Source of the DNA: Leucoraja erinacea
Taxonomy: Eukaryota
Direction: 5' to 3'
DNA: 64,000 bases
Assembly (NCBI RefSeq): GCF_028641065.1
Contig: NC_073385.1
Coordinates: forward strand, 45,756,001 to 45,820,000
The translations under genes and the position numbers were made by a program. Below, in pieces: positions 62,836 to 64,000 of the stretch (positions are counted from its first letter, which is position 1; the number at the start of each line of letters is the position of its first letter). Below the pieces are notes generated by a model. That model did not search any database, was not told the origin of the DNA, and saw nothing but the letters and a program-made list of their open reading frames with translations.

Positions 62836-63509
62836 TGTGGTGGCACCCGGTGGTTAGGCCACTTGCTACATGAACCCTCGGCAGTCGGGGGTAGGGTCAC
62901 ATGACAGGGCAATGGCGGGAAGGAGTTGTCACGGTGTATAGGGGTGTGCCTTAGTATATAACAAACCCCGGGTCAACCTTCCCTCTCTCTCTCTTCCTCT
63001 TCTCTCTTCGCGTAAGTGTCCTGCCACCTCAGCAAGAGCTCAGCTCAAGCCCACGAGGCAGCAGATTCGCAGCAGCCACAATGACTTTTGTGTTAGAGGA
63101 CTAAACGCGCATGTATATCTAACCTATAATGCTTGAATATTTCGCTTGGGCAATTTACACCCCTCATATTTCACTTGGGCAGTTTATACCCCTCATATTT
63201 CGCTTGGGCAGTTTATACCCCAGTGGCATGAACATTAACTTCTCCAATTTCTGGTAGCCCTTATTATCTCCTCCCCTTCTTAGCTCTCCCTCAGCCCTCT
63301 GGCTCCTCCTCTTCCTTTTTCCTTCCCCCCCCCCCCCGCCCCCCCCCCCCCACCCTACATCAGTCTGAAGAAGGGTTTTGGCCCGCAATGTTGCCTATTT
63401 CCTTCACTCCATAGATGCTGCCGCACCCGAATTGTTTCTCCAGCACTTTTGTCTACCGTCTATGCCTGAATAAAGAAACTGTTTATTGACAACGTTTGGC
63501 GCCTCTACA
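62836..63509 (+). mobile_element. Probable solo Gypsy LTR interrupted by a Penelope fragment (63135-63457)
   Basis: Starts tgtggtgg...ggttaggccact like the 30371 LTR; TATA (gtatataa), aataaa near 63468, ends ...ctctaca; TSD not clean. Confidence 0.55.
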
Positions 63510-64000
63510 TTTAAAAAAAAATTATCATGCAATGTGGTTGAATCTTGGAATTCAATTGAATGCACTCATGAATATTAGGATGGTGTGGAGGTTAAGCAAC
63601 TGAAGGAAGAAGTATTTTCAGGGTACATTTTTGACCAGTTTTCCAAATGCTTTTAAATGTAGTATGATAGAGATGAATTTGAGTCGTGCATAGGAATTTT
63701 CACTTTTGAAGGGATGGGCATGATATAATACCCTATGGTAAGGCAGCACATATTTGGTTAATAATATTGTGAGATGCATCTATATGAGCAACATTGCAGA
63801 TGCTGGAAATCTGACATAAAACCATAAAAATGCTTTGAATACTTAGCAAGTCAGGCAGCTGAAAAATAAATGGTTAAAATGTTAAAAAATAAATGGTTAA
63901 TGTTGAAAACTAAATGGTAAATGTTTGAGGTTAATCCCTTTTTCAGAAGGGAAAGTAGAAAAAAACACAGGCTAGATTTAAGTTACATCGAGTGTAGGAA

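Noticed and set aside
1-64000. Novel multi-gene system (defence, operon or viral)
   Set aside because: All recognisable coding sequence is SPRED1 or known TE classes; no unexplained long ORFs remain.

Overview
This is eukaryotic vertebrate genomic DNA, not a prokaryotic window. The repeat content (HE1/V-SINE, CR1/HER1-type LINEs, many Penelope-like elements) points to a cartilaginous fish, probably a skate or ray; that is inference. The only host gene I can support is SPRED1 on the + strand. It has a CpG/GC-rich promoter and 5' UTR (~11980-12830), coding exon 1 (12830-12855), a 37.6-kb intron 1 and coding exon 2 (50460-50634, EVH1 domain N-terminal part); the rest lies beyond the window. Much of the remainder is transposable elements: two Gypsy LTR elements, a structurally complete DIRS tyrosine-recombinase retroelement, Penelope-like fragments with hammerhead-ribozyme motifs, CR1 and Rex1/Babar LINE fragments, SINEs, non-autonomous Helitrons, a Tc1 relic and several TIR elements. 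The most notable structures are: an in-frame uORF ending 3 nt before the SPRED1 ATG; a 742-bp near-perfect palindrome 2 kb upstream of the gene; a ~7.8-kb nested TE stack; a head-to-tail Helitron pair with duplicated GC-rich cargo; and a TIR family with swappable cargo including a tRNA-like segment. Most ORF-track entries are spurious or TE-derived. I see no convincing novel protein-coding system. Coordinates were counted by eye, so TE boundaries are approximate.
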